Numbered from the stretch's first letter, positions 47,990 to 57,572 are shown. The stretch is DNA of 64,000 nt from Vicinamibacterales bacterium (GCA_963761975.1 CAVXIR010000004.1:2001877-2065876); one strand, 5' to 3'. The notes: generated from the letters alone by a model not told the origin. Numbers and translations are program-made.

Positions 47990-48668
47990 TAGCCGGTAGC
48001 TGGTAGCCGGTAGCTGGTAGCCTTTAGCGCGTAGCCAGTAGCTCGTAGCCAGTAGCCAGGTGCGTTGCAAAAACTGCCTAATCACGGAGTTCGCTGGATC
48101 GAACTTCTTGCCACCCAGGAATGGAAATCCGCGCAATTCCACCAGTTTCAGCTGAGCACAGGCGTTGCTCCCCGTACCGCATGCAGACAAATCATTCCTT
48201 TCGCAATCTCACTGTCTGGCAGCGTTCGATGACCCTAGTCGAGGAAATCTACCGAGTTACCAAGCGGTTCCCGCGTGAAGAGTTATTTGGTCTCACCGCC
48301 CAGATCAGAAAGGCAAGCGTTTCGATTCCTTCAAACATCGGGCAGGGAAAGCGTCGTAAACGGGAACGCGCGTTCCTTCATCACCTCGACATTGCGCTCG
48401 GGTCGCAGGGCGAGGTCGACGTTCAGCTGGAGATTGCGTTTCGTGTCGGATTTCTGCCGAAAAAGGAATACACGCAGATTCAGCTCATCGTCGAGGAAGT
48501 GGGGCGAATGCTGAACGGCCTGATAGCATCGATGCAACCAGCCGGTCCAGATCCATGTAGCGTCCTCGCAGTGCAGGTGCGACGAGCCTGGCTACTGGCC
48601 GACCAGCCCCTGGCTACCGGCTGCGGGCACTAGCTCGCTACCGGCCACTAGCTACCGGCTACTCGCTA
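47990..48668. mobile_element. Four-helix-bundle cassette bounded by inverted 7-nt arrays
   Basis: Ten TAGCNNN units at 47990-48059 and a degenerate CCGGCTA array at 48588-48668. Confidence 0.55.
48181..48633 (+). CDS. Four helix bundle protein (23S rRNA IVP / Avd-like family)
   Basis: FRNLTVWQRSM, FPREELFGLTAQIRKASVSIPSNI, IALGSQGEV. Confidence 0.93.
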   Translation: MQTNHSFRNLTVWQRSMTLVEEIYRVTKRFPREELFGLTAQIRKASVSIPSNIGQGKRRKRERAFLHHLDIALGSQGEVDVQLEIAFRVGFLPKKEYTQIQLIVEEVGRMLNGLIASMQPAGPDPCSVLAVQVRRAWLLADQPLATGCGH

Positions 48669-49470
48669 GCTCGTCGTACGTCTTCAAGGCCCGGATCCAG
48701 ATGTTTCGATAGCGCACGGGATTGCCATGATCCTGAAGCACGATCGGACCGCTCGCCATGTCCGGAGTGTAAGGCAGCACGCTCTTGTGCCGTGTCGGCC
48801 CCCAGTACGCTGTACCGTTGTGCACGACGACGCCGTTGTGCAACACCGTAACCGTCGCAGGTTTCTCGAGCGTCGAATCGGCAGCGAACCTCGGCGCAGT
48901 AAAGACGATGTCGTAGGTCTGCCACTCTCCCGGTGCACGTGCGACGTTGACGAGCGGCGGATACTGACCATACATCGCGGCGGCCTGTCCATCGGGGTAG
49001 GTGATGTTCCGATAGCTGTCGAGCACCTGAATTTCGAACTTGCCCAGAAGAAACACGCCGCTGTTGCCACGCCCCTGACTGTCACCTTTTACTTCAGAGG
49101 GCGTCGCGAACTCGACGTGCAGCTGAAGGTCGGTGAAGTGCTGCTTGGTCTGCAGCGTGCCCTTCCCCGTTTGCAGCACGCCATTCTTCATCGTCCAGGT
49201 TGCCGGCGATCCATCGGCCATCTGCCACGAGGTGAGGTCGCTTCGCGCACCGAGCAACACGATGGCATCGGACGGATGCCCGGCGGTGCCGTCCTTGAGC
49301 GGCCCGGGCATGACGACAGCCGGATACGGCCGCGTGCCGTCGTGCACGCGCCATTTGTTGTTCGGCTGCATCGGCGTGTCGTCGTATCCGATCGGCGCCT
49401 GCTGCGCGGATACGGCAACGTGCAGGGTCAATGCAGCGAGGATGACGAACTTATGGTGCAGCATCGCCAA
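48652..49470 (-). CDS. DUF1080 (3-keto-disaccharide hydrolase family) protein
   Basis: GQ-type SQGRGNSGVF, EIQVLDS, GEWQTYDI, LQDHGNPVRYRNIW. Confidence 0.9.
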   Translation of the reverse strand: MAMLHHKFVILAALTLHVAVSAQQAPIGYDDTPMQPNNKWRVHDGTRPYPAVVMPGPLKDGTAGHPSDAIVLLGARSDLTSWQMADGSPATWTMKNGVLQTGKGTLQTKQHFTDLQLHVEFATPSEVKGDSQGRGNSGVFLLGKFEIQVLDSYRNITYPDGQAAAMYGQYPPLVNVARAPGEWQTYDIVFTAPRFAADSTLEKPATVTVLHNGVVVHNGTAYWGPTRHKSVLPYTPDMASGPIVLQDHGNPVRYRNIWIRALKTYDELASSR

Positions 49471-50851
49471 ATGTCCTCATTAAATTCATCCAGAACTGAG
49501 TCGCTTTGTAGAACGACTCGACACCAACTCGCTCGTCCTTCCCATGCGCGCGCACGTCGTCGGGATCTTCGTTAATCGCCGATATCCCATAGGTGGGGAT
49601 GCCCGCGTTCCTTGTGTACATACCATCGGTCGCACCCGCAAGCATCGTCGGAATGACCGGCAGCTTCGGCCAATCCTGCGCCACCAATCGATCGAGCCGC
49701 TGCAGGAACGCCGGCGTGAGTGGCGACGGCGGGCTGGCGACAGGAGGCTCGAGCACCGTCAGCGTCACTTTGTCACCGGCGAGTTGCCGCAGAACCTTTT
49801 CGACCTCCGCACCCGGCAGCCCTGGAAGAATTCGACAGTTGACGACGGCCCGCGCGACCTGCGGCAGCGCGTTGTTGGCATGACCGGCATCGACGCGCGT
49901 CGCGACGCACGTCGTGCGCATCTGCGCATTGTATGACGGCGAGCGCGAGAGGCGGGCCGCCGCCGCCTGATTCGGCGGAGACGCCGCAACCGCGCGCATG
50001 TCGATGGCAGTCTGCCCAGTCTCTATGCGGGACGATCGCTCCAGGAATATTCGCGCCGCCTCAGTGATGTGCAGCGGAAACTGGTGCTCGCCGATTCTGG
50101 TGAGAGCCGCTGACAGAATGTAGATAGGGGTTGCCGGTCGGACGAGCGAACTGTGGCCACCCACGTCGGTCACTTCGAGCTGGTAATCGGCGTAAATCTT
50201 CTCGCTCGCCTGCACGTCGAAGAACAGAGGCGCGCCATCTCTCACCCGCACGCCGCCGCCATCGGTGTTCAACGCGAGGTCGGCATCGATCAGCCTCCGG
50301 TGCTCGGCGAGCATCCATTTGATGCCGTTCTGGCTCGTCTCTTCGTCGCCGGTCAGCAGCACCACCACGTCGCGCGCCGGCTGCCATCCCTCGCGCTTCA
50401 ATCGAATGAGATTGGCGACGAGCATCGCAGCGCCGGCCTTGTTGTCGCTGGTCCCGCGGCCGTAGAACCAACCGTCGCGCTCGAGAAACGCCCAGGGATC
50501 GACCGACCAGTCTTCGCGCCGTGCAGGCACGACGTCGATGTGCGCCATCAGCAGAAGTGGGCGTGCACCCGGACGGCGACCGCGGTAGCGCGCAACCAGG
50601 TTCTGAGTTTTCGCACTCGGTCCGAGGACTTGAACGTCCTCTTTGAGAAACCCCGCGGCGGTTAGCCGCCCGGCGAGCATCTGGGCCGCACGCGCCGTGC
50701 CTTCAATTTCTGTAGATGGAATTTCGACGAGCTCTTTGAAAATCTCACGCGGCAGGGCGCGATCTGCGGGGGGAAGCGTCGTCTGCGCCGCCACGCCCGC
50801 GCACAGCACCAGAACGGCTGCGATGACGTTCACCGCAGAGAACACACGCAT
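49451..50851 (-). CDS. M20/M25/M40 metallopeptidase, secreted
   Basis: AHIDVV, GRGTSDNK, GDEE, GGHSS, AHGKDE. Confidence 0.92.
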   Translation of the reverse strand: MRVFSAVNVIAAVLVLCAGVAAQTTLPPADRALPREIFKELVEIPSTEIEGTARAAQMLAGRLTAAGFLKEDVQVLGPSAKTQNLVARYRGRRPGARPLLLMAHIDVVPARREDWSVDPWAFLERDGWFYGRGTSDNKAGAAMLVANLIRLKREGWQPARDVVVLLTGDEETSQNGIKWMLAEHRRLIDADLALNTDGGGVRVRDGAPLFFDVQASEKIYADYQLEVTDVGGHSSLVRPATPIYILSAALTRIGEHQFPLHITEAARIFLERSSRIETGQTAIDMRAVAASPPNQAAAARLSRSPSYNAQMRTTCVATRVDAGHANNALPQVARAVVNCRILPGLPGAEVEKVLRQLAGDKVTLTVLEPPVASPPSPLTPAFLQRLDRLVAQDWPKLPVIPTMLAGATDGMYTRNAGIPTYGISAINEDPDDVRAHGKDERVGVESFYKATQFWMNLMRTFGDAAP

Positions 50852-51300
50852 CACGGGCCAGGCACCAATCCCAGTTGCCGCGCTTGCGCCAACGAGTCCA
50901 TGTTGACCCAGATTTCCTTGATTTTGCCGTCAGCGAACAGAAAAATGTCCATTCCGCTCACGTCCATTTTCCGAGCGCCCTGGGTGCCACGCATCACCCA
51001 TCGCGTTGCGACTTTGTTCTCTTCGCCAAACTCGTCCTCGAGCGTAAAGTGCAGATCCGGAAATGCAGCACGCAGGCTGGCAACGACCTTGCGGAATGCG
51101 TCGATGCCACGCACCACAGCGGGTGGATTGCGAAACACCACGTCGGGCGCCATGATCGCATCGAACGCATCGAGATCGCCCTTGTTGAGGATTTCGAAAT
51201 AGCGGCGCGCCATCGTCTTGTTGTCGCGAGCCGCTGACTGCGCGCCGACGTCTGGTGCAATCACGAACATCGTCAGAACCGACAGCAATGCGAGCCTCAT
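50851..51300 (-). CDS. SnoaL-like ester cyclase (NTF2 fold)
   Basis: AAFPDLHFTLED, KVATRW..GTQ, DGKIKE. Confidence 0.88.
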   Translation of the reverse strand: MRLALLSVLTMFVIAPDVGAQSAARDNKTMARRYFEILNKGDLDAFDAIMAPDVVFRNPPAVVRGIDAFRKVVASLRAAFPDLHFTLEDEFGEENKVATRWVMRGTQGARKMDVSGMDIFLFADGKIKEIWVNMDSLAQARQLGLVPGP

Positions 51301-51318
51301 CGTGCGTGCCTCCTCAAT

Positions 51319-51948
51319 TCACAAACGGCGGATCACCGATAGCCGTGCGCCACGATACGTTTCACGCCTGAAACTCTGCTCGATGAGCGTCGCCTTGAAG
51401 AACCATGGCCGATTGGTTGTCGTGGTGAAATGCAGCCCGATGTCGCGCGTCAGATACTGGGCACGTTCGGCCGGCCCGCCGCCGAATGCGTACGACTCTG
51501 CCACGAAACCGAACCCGACGAACGGCTGGACGGCGTACCGGCTGGTCAGCTCGAACTTCTTATAGACCGCCGTGCCGAGCTGAATGTACTTTCCCGAGTC
51601 GCCTTCGGTAGCATAGTCGTCCAAAAATATCTGGCCGCTGAAGCCCAGGGTGACCGGCGCGCCATCCTGTTCCTTCACGGCAAACAACCGCACGAACGGC
51701 GCGTACTCGTTGAACGTCGACTTCGATCCATCGTCGAACGTATACGTATAGCGCGCGATCATGAGGCCGACATCGAGACGGCTCGTGAGGGTGCCGCTGG
51801 CAAGAAATTCCACTCCCTTGGACGAGGGCCCCACCGACCAGGCCACGCTCCCTTCCACGGCGCGCTCACCGTCGTTCAGGTAGAGGCTCTGAGCGCAAAG
51901 CGGAACGGCGGCCGTCATCATGACAAGCAGAAGCCATGCACTTCGCAT
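51319..51948 (-). CDS. Secreted hypothetical protein, possible outer-membrane beta-barrel
   Basis: Signal peptide; alternating amphipathic strands (VQPFVGFGF). Confidence 0.55.
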   Translation of the reverse strand: MRSAWLLLVMMTAAVPLCAQSLYLNDGERAVEGSVAWSVGPSSKGVEFLASGTLTSRLDVGLMIARYTYTFDDGSKSTFNEYAPFVRLFAVKEQDGAPVTLGFSGQIFLDDYATEGDSGKYIQLGTAVYKKFELTSRYAVQPFVGFGFVAESYAFGGGPAERAQYLTRDIGLHFTTTTNRPWFFKATLIEQSFRRETYRGARLSVIRRL

Positions 51949-51962
51949 TCGTGCGCTCCTCG

Positions 51963-52595
51963 TTATCGGCTCACCGCGAGCCTAACTCCAAGACCGACAA
52001 ACAGCGCTCCGGTCGCGCGCTTCAAAAGCAGACCGGACGTCTGGCGGGTTCGAAGACGGCGGCTCATTGCTGCCGCCGACCAGACCAGAAACACGCACCA
52101 CAGCGTCCCGTTGAAAATGAAAACCCCGCCGAGAAAGAGCAGCGACACCATTCGAGATTCGGACTGAGGTGCGACGAACTGCGGGAGAAACGCTAGAAAG
52201 AACAGTGCCACCTTCGGGTTCAGCACGTTGGTCAGCAGCCCCGCCCGAAATACGGACCAGTCGCTCTCATGTGAAAACTCCTGTGCCACACCGCCACGGT
52301 CTGGTTTCGCAAACAGCATCTGTGCACCCAGGTATCCCAGATACACCGCCCCGGCAATTTTCACCACCGCGAACGCATGTGCCGATGTGGCGAGGATCGC
52401 GGACAAGCCGAACGCGGCCGCCAGCGTGTGCACGACGCTGCCGCAGACGATGCCCAGGACGGAGAGGAGGCCGGTTCGGCGTCCCTGTGACACGCTGCGA
52501 CCGACGATGTACAGCGTGTCTTGTCCGGGTGTGATGTTCAGCAGAATACCGCTGAGCACAAACAGCTCGAGATGCTGGGTTCCGAACAGAGTCAC
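51963..52595 (-). CDS. LysE/RhtB family translocator
   Basis: NITPGQD, GAVYLGYLG, TNVLNPKVALFFLAFLPQF. Confidence 0.93.
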   Translation of the reverse strand: MTLFGTQHLELFVLSGILLNITPGQDTLYIVGRSVSQGRRTGLLSVLGIVCGSVVHTLAAAFGLSAILATSAHAFAVVKIAGAVYLGYLGAQMLFAKPDRGGVAQEFSHESDWSVFRAGLLTNVLNPKVALFFLAFLPQFVAPQSESRMVSLLFLGGVFIFNGTLWCVFLVWSAAAMSRRLRTRQTSGLLLKRATGALFVGLGVRLAVSR

Positions 52596-53011
52596 CGCCC
52601 CCGCTTTCTCCCCCCCAGCCTCGCGGTTACATCTCCGAGCAGCGAGCTCACAGGATGGTTCTTCAATTTTGCAAACGCCTCATCGAGCGACATCCATCTG
52701 CGCTCGCGGAATTGGGACTCCTGCCACTTGTCTTCCTCGCCGTTGACCGCCATCAGAAACACGGCAACGGTCAGGTCGAGGTTCCACTTGGTGTACTTGT
52801 ACGATCCAATCGAATTTCCGACGAGGCGGCCCCGCAGCCCCGCTTCCTCCCACGCTTCCTTCAGCGCTGCCCGCTGAGCTGTTTCGCCGGGGTCGACGAA
52901 CCCCTTCGGAATTTTCCACCTCTTTCGCCCCATGTTTCGGATCAGGCAAATCTCGATGGAATCGCGTGTCCGACGAAACGGAATAACACCTGCCTGATCG
53001 CGCGCGCTCAT
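52592..53011 (-). CDS. NUDIX hydrolase
   Basis: PKGFVDPGETAQRAALKEAWEEAG Nudix box. Confidence 0.9.
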   Translation of the reverse strand: MSARDQAGVIPFRRTRDSIEICLIRNMGRKRWKIPKGFVDPGETAQRAALKEAWEEAGLRGRLVGNSIGSYKYTKWNLDLTVAVFLMAVNGEEDKWQESQFRERRWMSLDEAFAKLKNHPVSSLLGDVTARLGGRKRGR

Positions 53012-53054
53012 CGGTTGCGGTACTCTAACAGTTATGAATGTCGGCGGCCGCCAC

Positions 53055-53663
53055 ATGTCGATGCTGCGGTCCTACACTGCGGCAGACGCCCTCACGATCG
53101 GCAATGCCGCCTGCGGCACGATCGCCATCTTCCTGTGCCTGGATTACATCGCCGCCGACAACCGCCGGTTCCTCTGGACGGCGTTCCTCCTCCTGCCGCT
53201 CGCATTGGTGTGCGATGTCCTCGACGGCTACGTCGCGCGTCTCGATCGCAGACGCCAGTCCGTGCTCGGCGCCGATCTCGACTCGCTGGCTGACGTCATC
53301 TCGTTCGGCGTGGCGCCGGCGGTGCTCGGCTTTACGCTCGGCCTGCGCGGCGGTTGGGACATGGTCATCCTGACGTACTTCGTCATCTGCGGCGTGAGCC
53401 GTCTGGCGCGCTTCAACGTGACGGCTGCCGCGCTCGCCGACAAGGAGACCGGCAAGGTCAAATATTTCGAAGGCACACCGATCCCGACAAGCATTCTGAT
53501 CGTTCTGTTGCTCGGCGTGGCGTTGTTCCTTGGGCGCATCGACGATCGTCTCTGGTTCGGCACTATCCTGCTTGGCCCCGCCGAGCTTCACCCGCTGGCG
53601 CTCATCTACGGCATCAGCGGCAGCGCGATGATCAGCGCGACGCTCAGAATTCCCAAGCCGTAA
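53055..53663 (+). CDS. pssA: CDP-alcohol phosphatidyltransferase (phosphatidylserine synthase type)
   Basis: DVLDGYVAR..GADLDSLADVISFGVAP, RLARFN, FEGTPIP. Confidence 0.85.
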   Translation: MSMLRSYTAADALTIGNAACGTIAIFLCLDYIAADNRRFLWTAFLLLPLALVCDVLDGYVARLDRRRQSVLGADLDSLADVISFGVAPAVLGFTLGLRGGWDMVILTYFVICGVSRLARFNVTAAALADKETGKVKYFEGTPIPTSILIVLLLGVALFLGRIDDRLWFGTILLGPAELHPLALIYGISGSAMISATLRIPKP

Positions 53664-53669
53664 GGGACA

Positions 53670-53981
53670 GAGTCGTCGAGTCGAAAGAGTCAGGGAGTCC
53701 GAAGAGTCGTGGAGTCAAAAGAGTCTGGGAGTCAAGAGAGTCGCGCAGTCGAACGCGTCTGCGAGTCCAAAAGAGTCGGACAGCAGAATTCGGAAGTCGA
53801 ACTGGATTCGACCACCGACTCGCTCGATTCAAGAGATTCGCCTGACCCTCTGGCCGCCGGACTCCGTTAACTCCGAAGGCTCTATAGACTCCGTAGACTC
53901 CTGGACTCTTCAGACTCTTCAGACTCTTCGGACTCTTTGGACTCTTTGGACTCGAAGACTCCCCCAGACTCCGTCGACTCC
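53670..53981. repeat. Inverted 9-nt-period arrays (GAGTCnnnn / nnnnGACTC) between convergent genes
   Basis: gagtcgaaa gagtcagg gagtccgaa gagtcgtg ... gactcttca gactcttca gactcttcg gactctttg gactctttg. Confidence 0.88.
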
Positions 53982-53985
53982 TCAG

Positions 53986-54387
53986 TCACTTCTTGACGAA
54001 GATCTCAACGATGGTGACTGGGGATTTGCCCAGGTTTTTGAAGCCGTGGCGTGTGCCGCCCTTCACGAACTGCGCCTGCCACGCCGCCATCTGGGCGGGC
54101 TGCTCGCCGTCGAGTTCGAACTGCATCCCCGCCGAAGTCGGAATGAACAAGTGATATTGCATGTCATCATGCGTGTGGACGTTGCGCACGCCGTTGGGCG
54201 CAACGTCGACTCGCAGGACGCGAATCTCGTCGCGATTGATGAGCGCGGCGTTGCTGACGCCCGTGCCCGACGCTGCCGCGATGGGATTGAGCACCAGGGC
54301 GCCCGCCGTTCCCGGAGTCTGGGCAACGGCCGATCCGATCCAAAGCAAAGCCACGACCAGCGCCGATGCGAATTGCAGTCTGAGCAT
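53986..54387 (-). CDS. Cupin domain protein, secreted
   Basis: HTHDDMQYH, GGTRHGFKN. Confidence 0.8.
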   Translation of the reverse strand: MLRLQFASALVVALLWIGSAVAQTPGTAGALVLNPIAAASGTGVSNAALINRDEIRVLRVDVAPNGVRNVHTHDDMQYHLFIPTSAGMQFELDGEQPAQMAAWQAQFVKGGTRHGFKNLGKSPVTIVEIFVKK

Positions 54388-54416
54388 GGTGACACCTCCA
54401 GCTGTCTAACTCTACA

Positions 54417-54965
54417 CTAGCGGAGCAGATCGGCAATCTCGCGCAGGCCGGCCGTCTCGGCCATTTCGCGCGGCGTTTCGCAGTCGTCGATGCGCGTCGG
54501 CAGCGAGGCATCGGCGCCAGCGCTCAACAGCACGCTTATCGCATCGGCGTTCCGTTCGGCGACCGCCATATGTAAAGGCGTGTAGTCGTTGATACCGCGC
54601 TGATTCGGGTCCGCGCCGAACGACAGCAACAGCCGAACAATCTCGACGACGTCGGGACGGCCCGGCGACCCGGGTTGCGGCCGGCTGCACGACAGCGCGG
54701 CGATGAGCGGCGGAAAACCCGCATGGTCGGTTGGATTCGGATCGGCGCCAATTTCCAGCAGCGTGCGGATGAACGCGAGCGGGCTGTGATAGATGGCGTA
54801 CTCGAGGCACGGTCCGATTGTCAGCGGCATCGGGCCGTTCGGGACGTTGCCGGGATCCTCAACTGCCGCTCGGAGCGCCTCCAGGTTTCCCTCTCGAAAC
54901 GCCGCGTCGATTGTTCGAAATCGCTCGTGTTCCCTGCAGCGCTCGTCGTCCAGCATCCACGTCAC
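54417..54965 (-). CDS. Ankyrin repeat protein
   Basis: LLEIGADPN, LLSFGADPN, YTPLHMA. Confidence 0.9.
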   Translation of the reverse strand: MTWMLDDERCREHERFRTIDAAFREGNLEALRAAVEDPGNVPNGPMPLTIGPCLEYAIYHSPLAFIRTLLEIGADPNPTDHAGFPPLIAALSCSRPQPGSPGRPDVVEIVRLLLSFGADPNQRGINDYTPLHMAVAERNADAISVLLSAGADASLPTRIDDCETPREMAETAGLREIADLLR

Positions 54966-55010
54966 TTCTTACTTTTTACTTCTTACTTTTTACTTGTTAC
55001 TTCTTGCTTC
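54962..55010. repeat. 7-nt array (TACTTCT), AT-rich
   Basis: cacttct tactttt tacttct tactttt tacttgt tacttct tgcttcc. Confidence 0.88.
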
Positions 55011-56031
55011 CCCAGGCCGTCCTTTCCAGTCCCAACTGCGCAGCCCTGGCGCAACCTTGCAGCACCTGAAAGTACCGTTGCACGCCGTCGGCGCCCACAT
55101 CGTACGGATGCGGTCCATCGCCCCGTCCGGCGAGCATGCGGTTCTTGTTCACAGCGTTGTCGAACTCCGAGTGGTTCGAAAGGATCACGGTCGCACCGGT
55201 CTCGGCTGCCTTGGCAGCCATTTTCTTTTGCGAGTCGATGTAAGTCTGAAAATTCCTGATGCCGGGATCCGGCGTGTTGTTCACGAAGTTGAAAGCCGTT
55301 CCCCCCGAATACGCGATGTTCACCGGTTTGCCACGATCGAGCACGGTAAACGTGTACGAGAGCGTGCCTGGCGTGTGGCCGGGCGTCAGCCAGGTCGTCA
55401 CGGTCTGGCCGCCGAGCGTGATCTTCATCCCATCGGTCGCCACGATATTCCGCTTCGGCGCCATCGTCTTGTAGCGATTCGGGAACTTCTCCACGGAATC
55501 CCAGTCGGGCCCGCCCATTACCACTCGGGCACTGAATTGCGTCTGCAGTATCTCGGCGCCGCCGATGTGGTCGCCATGCGCGTGCGAGATGATGACGTAC
55601 TTGATGCTCGCCGGATCGAGCCCGAGCTTCTTCAGCCCACCGACAATCAATTCCCGTGAGTTGTACGGATAGATCGTGTCGATGAGAATGATGCCGTCGC
55701 TCGTCGTCAACGCCCACGCCGAGTGAACCTTGCCGCCGACGAAGTACAGATTGTCGAACACCTTCGCCGGATCGGCGTACCACGTCGCGCGTGCGGGGGC
55801 ACTCGCGGGCTTGGTCACAAATCCAGGCGCGGTATCGCTGGTATTCTCTCCACCGCTCTGGGGCAGCACGCACGTGCGCACGAGCGCTCCCGCGAAATCT
55901 TCTCCTGCCGCGGTCTTCGCGGATTGAATCGCGGCACGAATCTCGGCATCGAAATCACGTGACGGTGCCTGCTGCGCAACGGCGATGGCGCCGGCGCAGG
56001 AGATGGCCACGACGAGGAGGGTTGCCTTCAT
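54997..56031 (-). CDS. MBL-fold hydrolase, subclass B3-like, secreted
   Basis: KVFDNLYFVG, SHAHGDHIGG, TPGHTPG, LSNH. Confidence 0.85.
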   Translation of the reverse strand: MKATLLVVAISCAGAIAVAQQAPSRDFDAEIRAAIQSAKTAAGEDFAGALVRTCVLPQSGGENTSDTAPGFVTKPASAPARATWYADPAKVFDNLYFVGGKVHSAWALTTSDGIILIDTIYPYNSRELIVGGLKKLGLDPASIKYVIISHAHGDHIGGAEILQTQFSARVVMGGPDWDSVEKFPNRYKTMAPKRNIVATDGMKITLGGQTVTTWLTPGHTPGTLSYTFTVLDRGKPVNIAYSGGTAFNFVNNTPDPGIRNFQTYIDSQKKMAAKAAETGATVILSNHSEFDNAVNKNRMLAGRGDGPHPYDVGADGVQRYFQVLQGCARAAQLGLERTAWGSKK

Positions 56032-56522
56032 GTTGTGCTCCCTTCGCGAGGTCCGCGAGTCGCCTGATTGATCTGCCGGATGGCGCCGACGTGATAGGCA
56101 AGGTGCGCGATGCTGCCAATCATGCCGTTCAATGCGATTTCATCGACGTCTCGCGGCCGGCCAAGGGCATCGAGCCAACGCACGGCCTCATCTCGAAGAT
56201 CGGAGCGCAGCTGCCGCCATTCGCCCTCAGAGACCCGCGTCCTGCGCCAGCTCGCGGCCCAATCTGCACTTCCGAATGGATTCTCCCCCTGGCTCCAGCG
56301 GTTCATCAGCGATAGACCGTAGCGAAGATGATCGGCATGGGCGGCGATCGACGATCCTGTCGCAGTCAACGCCGACGCGTCTTCGGCTGACAGCTTCTCG
56401 AGCGACCGCAGCAGGCCTTCGTCGCCCCCATTGAGCATGTACCCGCTATCTTTCGCCGCGCCGTTCACCAGCTCTCCAAAAAGCGTCGAAAGTGTTCTGG
56501 CTATCTCGCTCGTGTTCATCAT
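56028..56522 (-). CDS. DinB-like protein
   Basis: SIAAHADHL, AHLAYHVGAIRQ; the upstream MDDGRWT extension is repeat-derived. Confidence 0.75.
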   Translation of the reverse strand: MMNTSEIARTLSTLFGELVNGAAKDSGYMLNGGDEGLLRSLEKLSAEDASALTATGSSIAAHADHLRYGLSLMNRWSQGENPFGSADWAASWRRTRVSEGEWRQLRSDLRDEAVRWLDALGRPRDVDEIALNGMIGSIAHLAYHVGAIRQINQATRGPREGSTT

Positions 56523-56641
56523 CGTCTCGTCCATCGTCCATCGTCCATCGTCCATCGTCCATCGTCCATCGTCTTACGACTCGACTTGCGCCTTACGACT
56601 CGACTTGCGCCTTACGACTTTCGACTTGCGACTTGCGACTT
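56520..56641. repeat. Two abutting 7-nt arrays (CCATCGT x6; CGACTTG)
   Basis: ccatcgt repeated; ttacgactcgacttgcgcc x2; cgacttt cgacttg cgacttg cgactta. Confidence 0.9.
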
Positions 56642-57572
56642 ATTTTTCCGGCGGCACACCCAGATGAAACCGCGAATCGGCTGCGAGCGGATTGTTTCTC
56701 GAAAACCCTGCGTTCGCATTGCCCCAGAACTTCCCGGCCAAATATGTGGCATTGCGGACTCTGGTCTGCAAATCGAGATAACCGGCGCTCGTCGGCGGGA
56801 ACCCCGAGAACGATTCGAAATCGGCGTTCCCGATGATGACGACGTCGACACCGGGTTGCGAGGCAATCTCGAGCGCATTTTTTACCGCTTCCTGCGTTTC
56901 GATCATCACGATGACGAGCATGTTGTCGTTGATCGTCGATCGGAAGGTCTTCGGCTTCTGGATGACGGGGCCCCAGATGCTGCCCGCCTGGCCGCCGCCC
57001 GTGCTGCGCCGCGCAATTGGCGGGAAGCGCGCGAACATCGCCACCGACCTCGCTTCGATCGCGTCGTCCACGGTCGGTACGATGATGCCGAGCACGCCGA
57101 CGTCCGCGGCGCGCTGCACATTCGTTTCGGTGGCATCTGGTATCCGAAGGATTGGCGTGGCTGCGGCGCGCGGACACGCCGCGATCATCTTCTCGACTTC
57201 ATCGAAACGGAGCGTGGCGTGTTGCATCTCGAATCGCGAGAAGTCGTACTTCGCAGCACCCTCACAATAGGCCTTGATATCGAACTGCGTAATGGTCTGG
57301 CTGAAGACCTGTTTGCCCTCGAGCATTTTCTGTTTCGTGATGTTGTAGAGAGGTTGCGTTGGATCGTCCATGAACGCCTTGACCGCCCAACCCCACGGGC
57401 GACCCGCATCGACGGGCGTCGGCGTCGCCTTGCCCGGCGCGCCGTTCGGTCCATGACCGGGCCCGGCCTGCCCATGGCCTCCAGCCTGCCCCTGTAGGGC
57501 CTGCGGCATTGCGAGCATCACTGCGACCAGCAAGCAGCCGGCCGCGATTAACCCTGCATGCGGTACCTTCAT
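56640..57572 (-). CDS. HpcH/HpaI aldolase family protein with signal peptide
   Basis: FEMQH, GIIVPTV, RFPPIARRS, VMIET, IGNAD; GGAGG RBS. Confidence 0.8.
   Translation of the reverse strand: MKVPHAGLIAAGCLLVAVMLAMPQALQGQAGGHGQAGPGHGPNGAPGKATPTPVDAGRPWGWAVKAFMDDPTQPLYNITKQKMLEGKQVFSQTITQFDIKAYCEGAAKYDFSRFEMQHATLRFDEVEKMIAACPRAAATPILRIPDATETNVQRAADVGVLGIIVPTVDDAIEARSVAMFARFPPIARRSTGGGQAGSIWGPVIQKPKTFRSTINDNMLVIVMIETQEAVKNALEIASQPGVDVVIIGNADFESFSGFPPTSAGYLDLQTRVRNATYLAGKFWGNANAGFSRNNPLAADSRFHLGVPPEK

Noticed and set aside
48153..48169. Sigma54 promoter (tgagcac-N5-ttgct) before the four-helix-bundle gene
   Set aside because: The invariant -24 GG is AG here, too weak to call.
48181..48633. Diversity-generating retroelement or 23S rRNA intervening sequence
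   Set aside because: No RT, no TR/VR pair differing at adenines, and no rRNA sequence around the gene.
53670..53981. Possible CRISPR array
   Set aside because: The period is 9 nt with 4-nt variable parts; there are no 23-47-nt repeats, no unique spacers and no cas genes.
45320..56031. Resistance island (CatA-like, B3-like MBL, BlaI/BlaR1)
   Set aside because: The genes are dispersed, divergent from clinical alleles and not linked to an integron or transposase; family membership alone does not show resistance.
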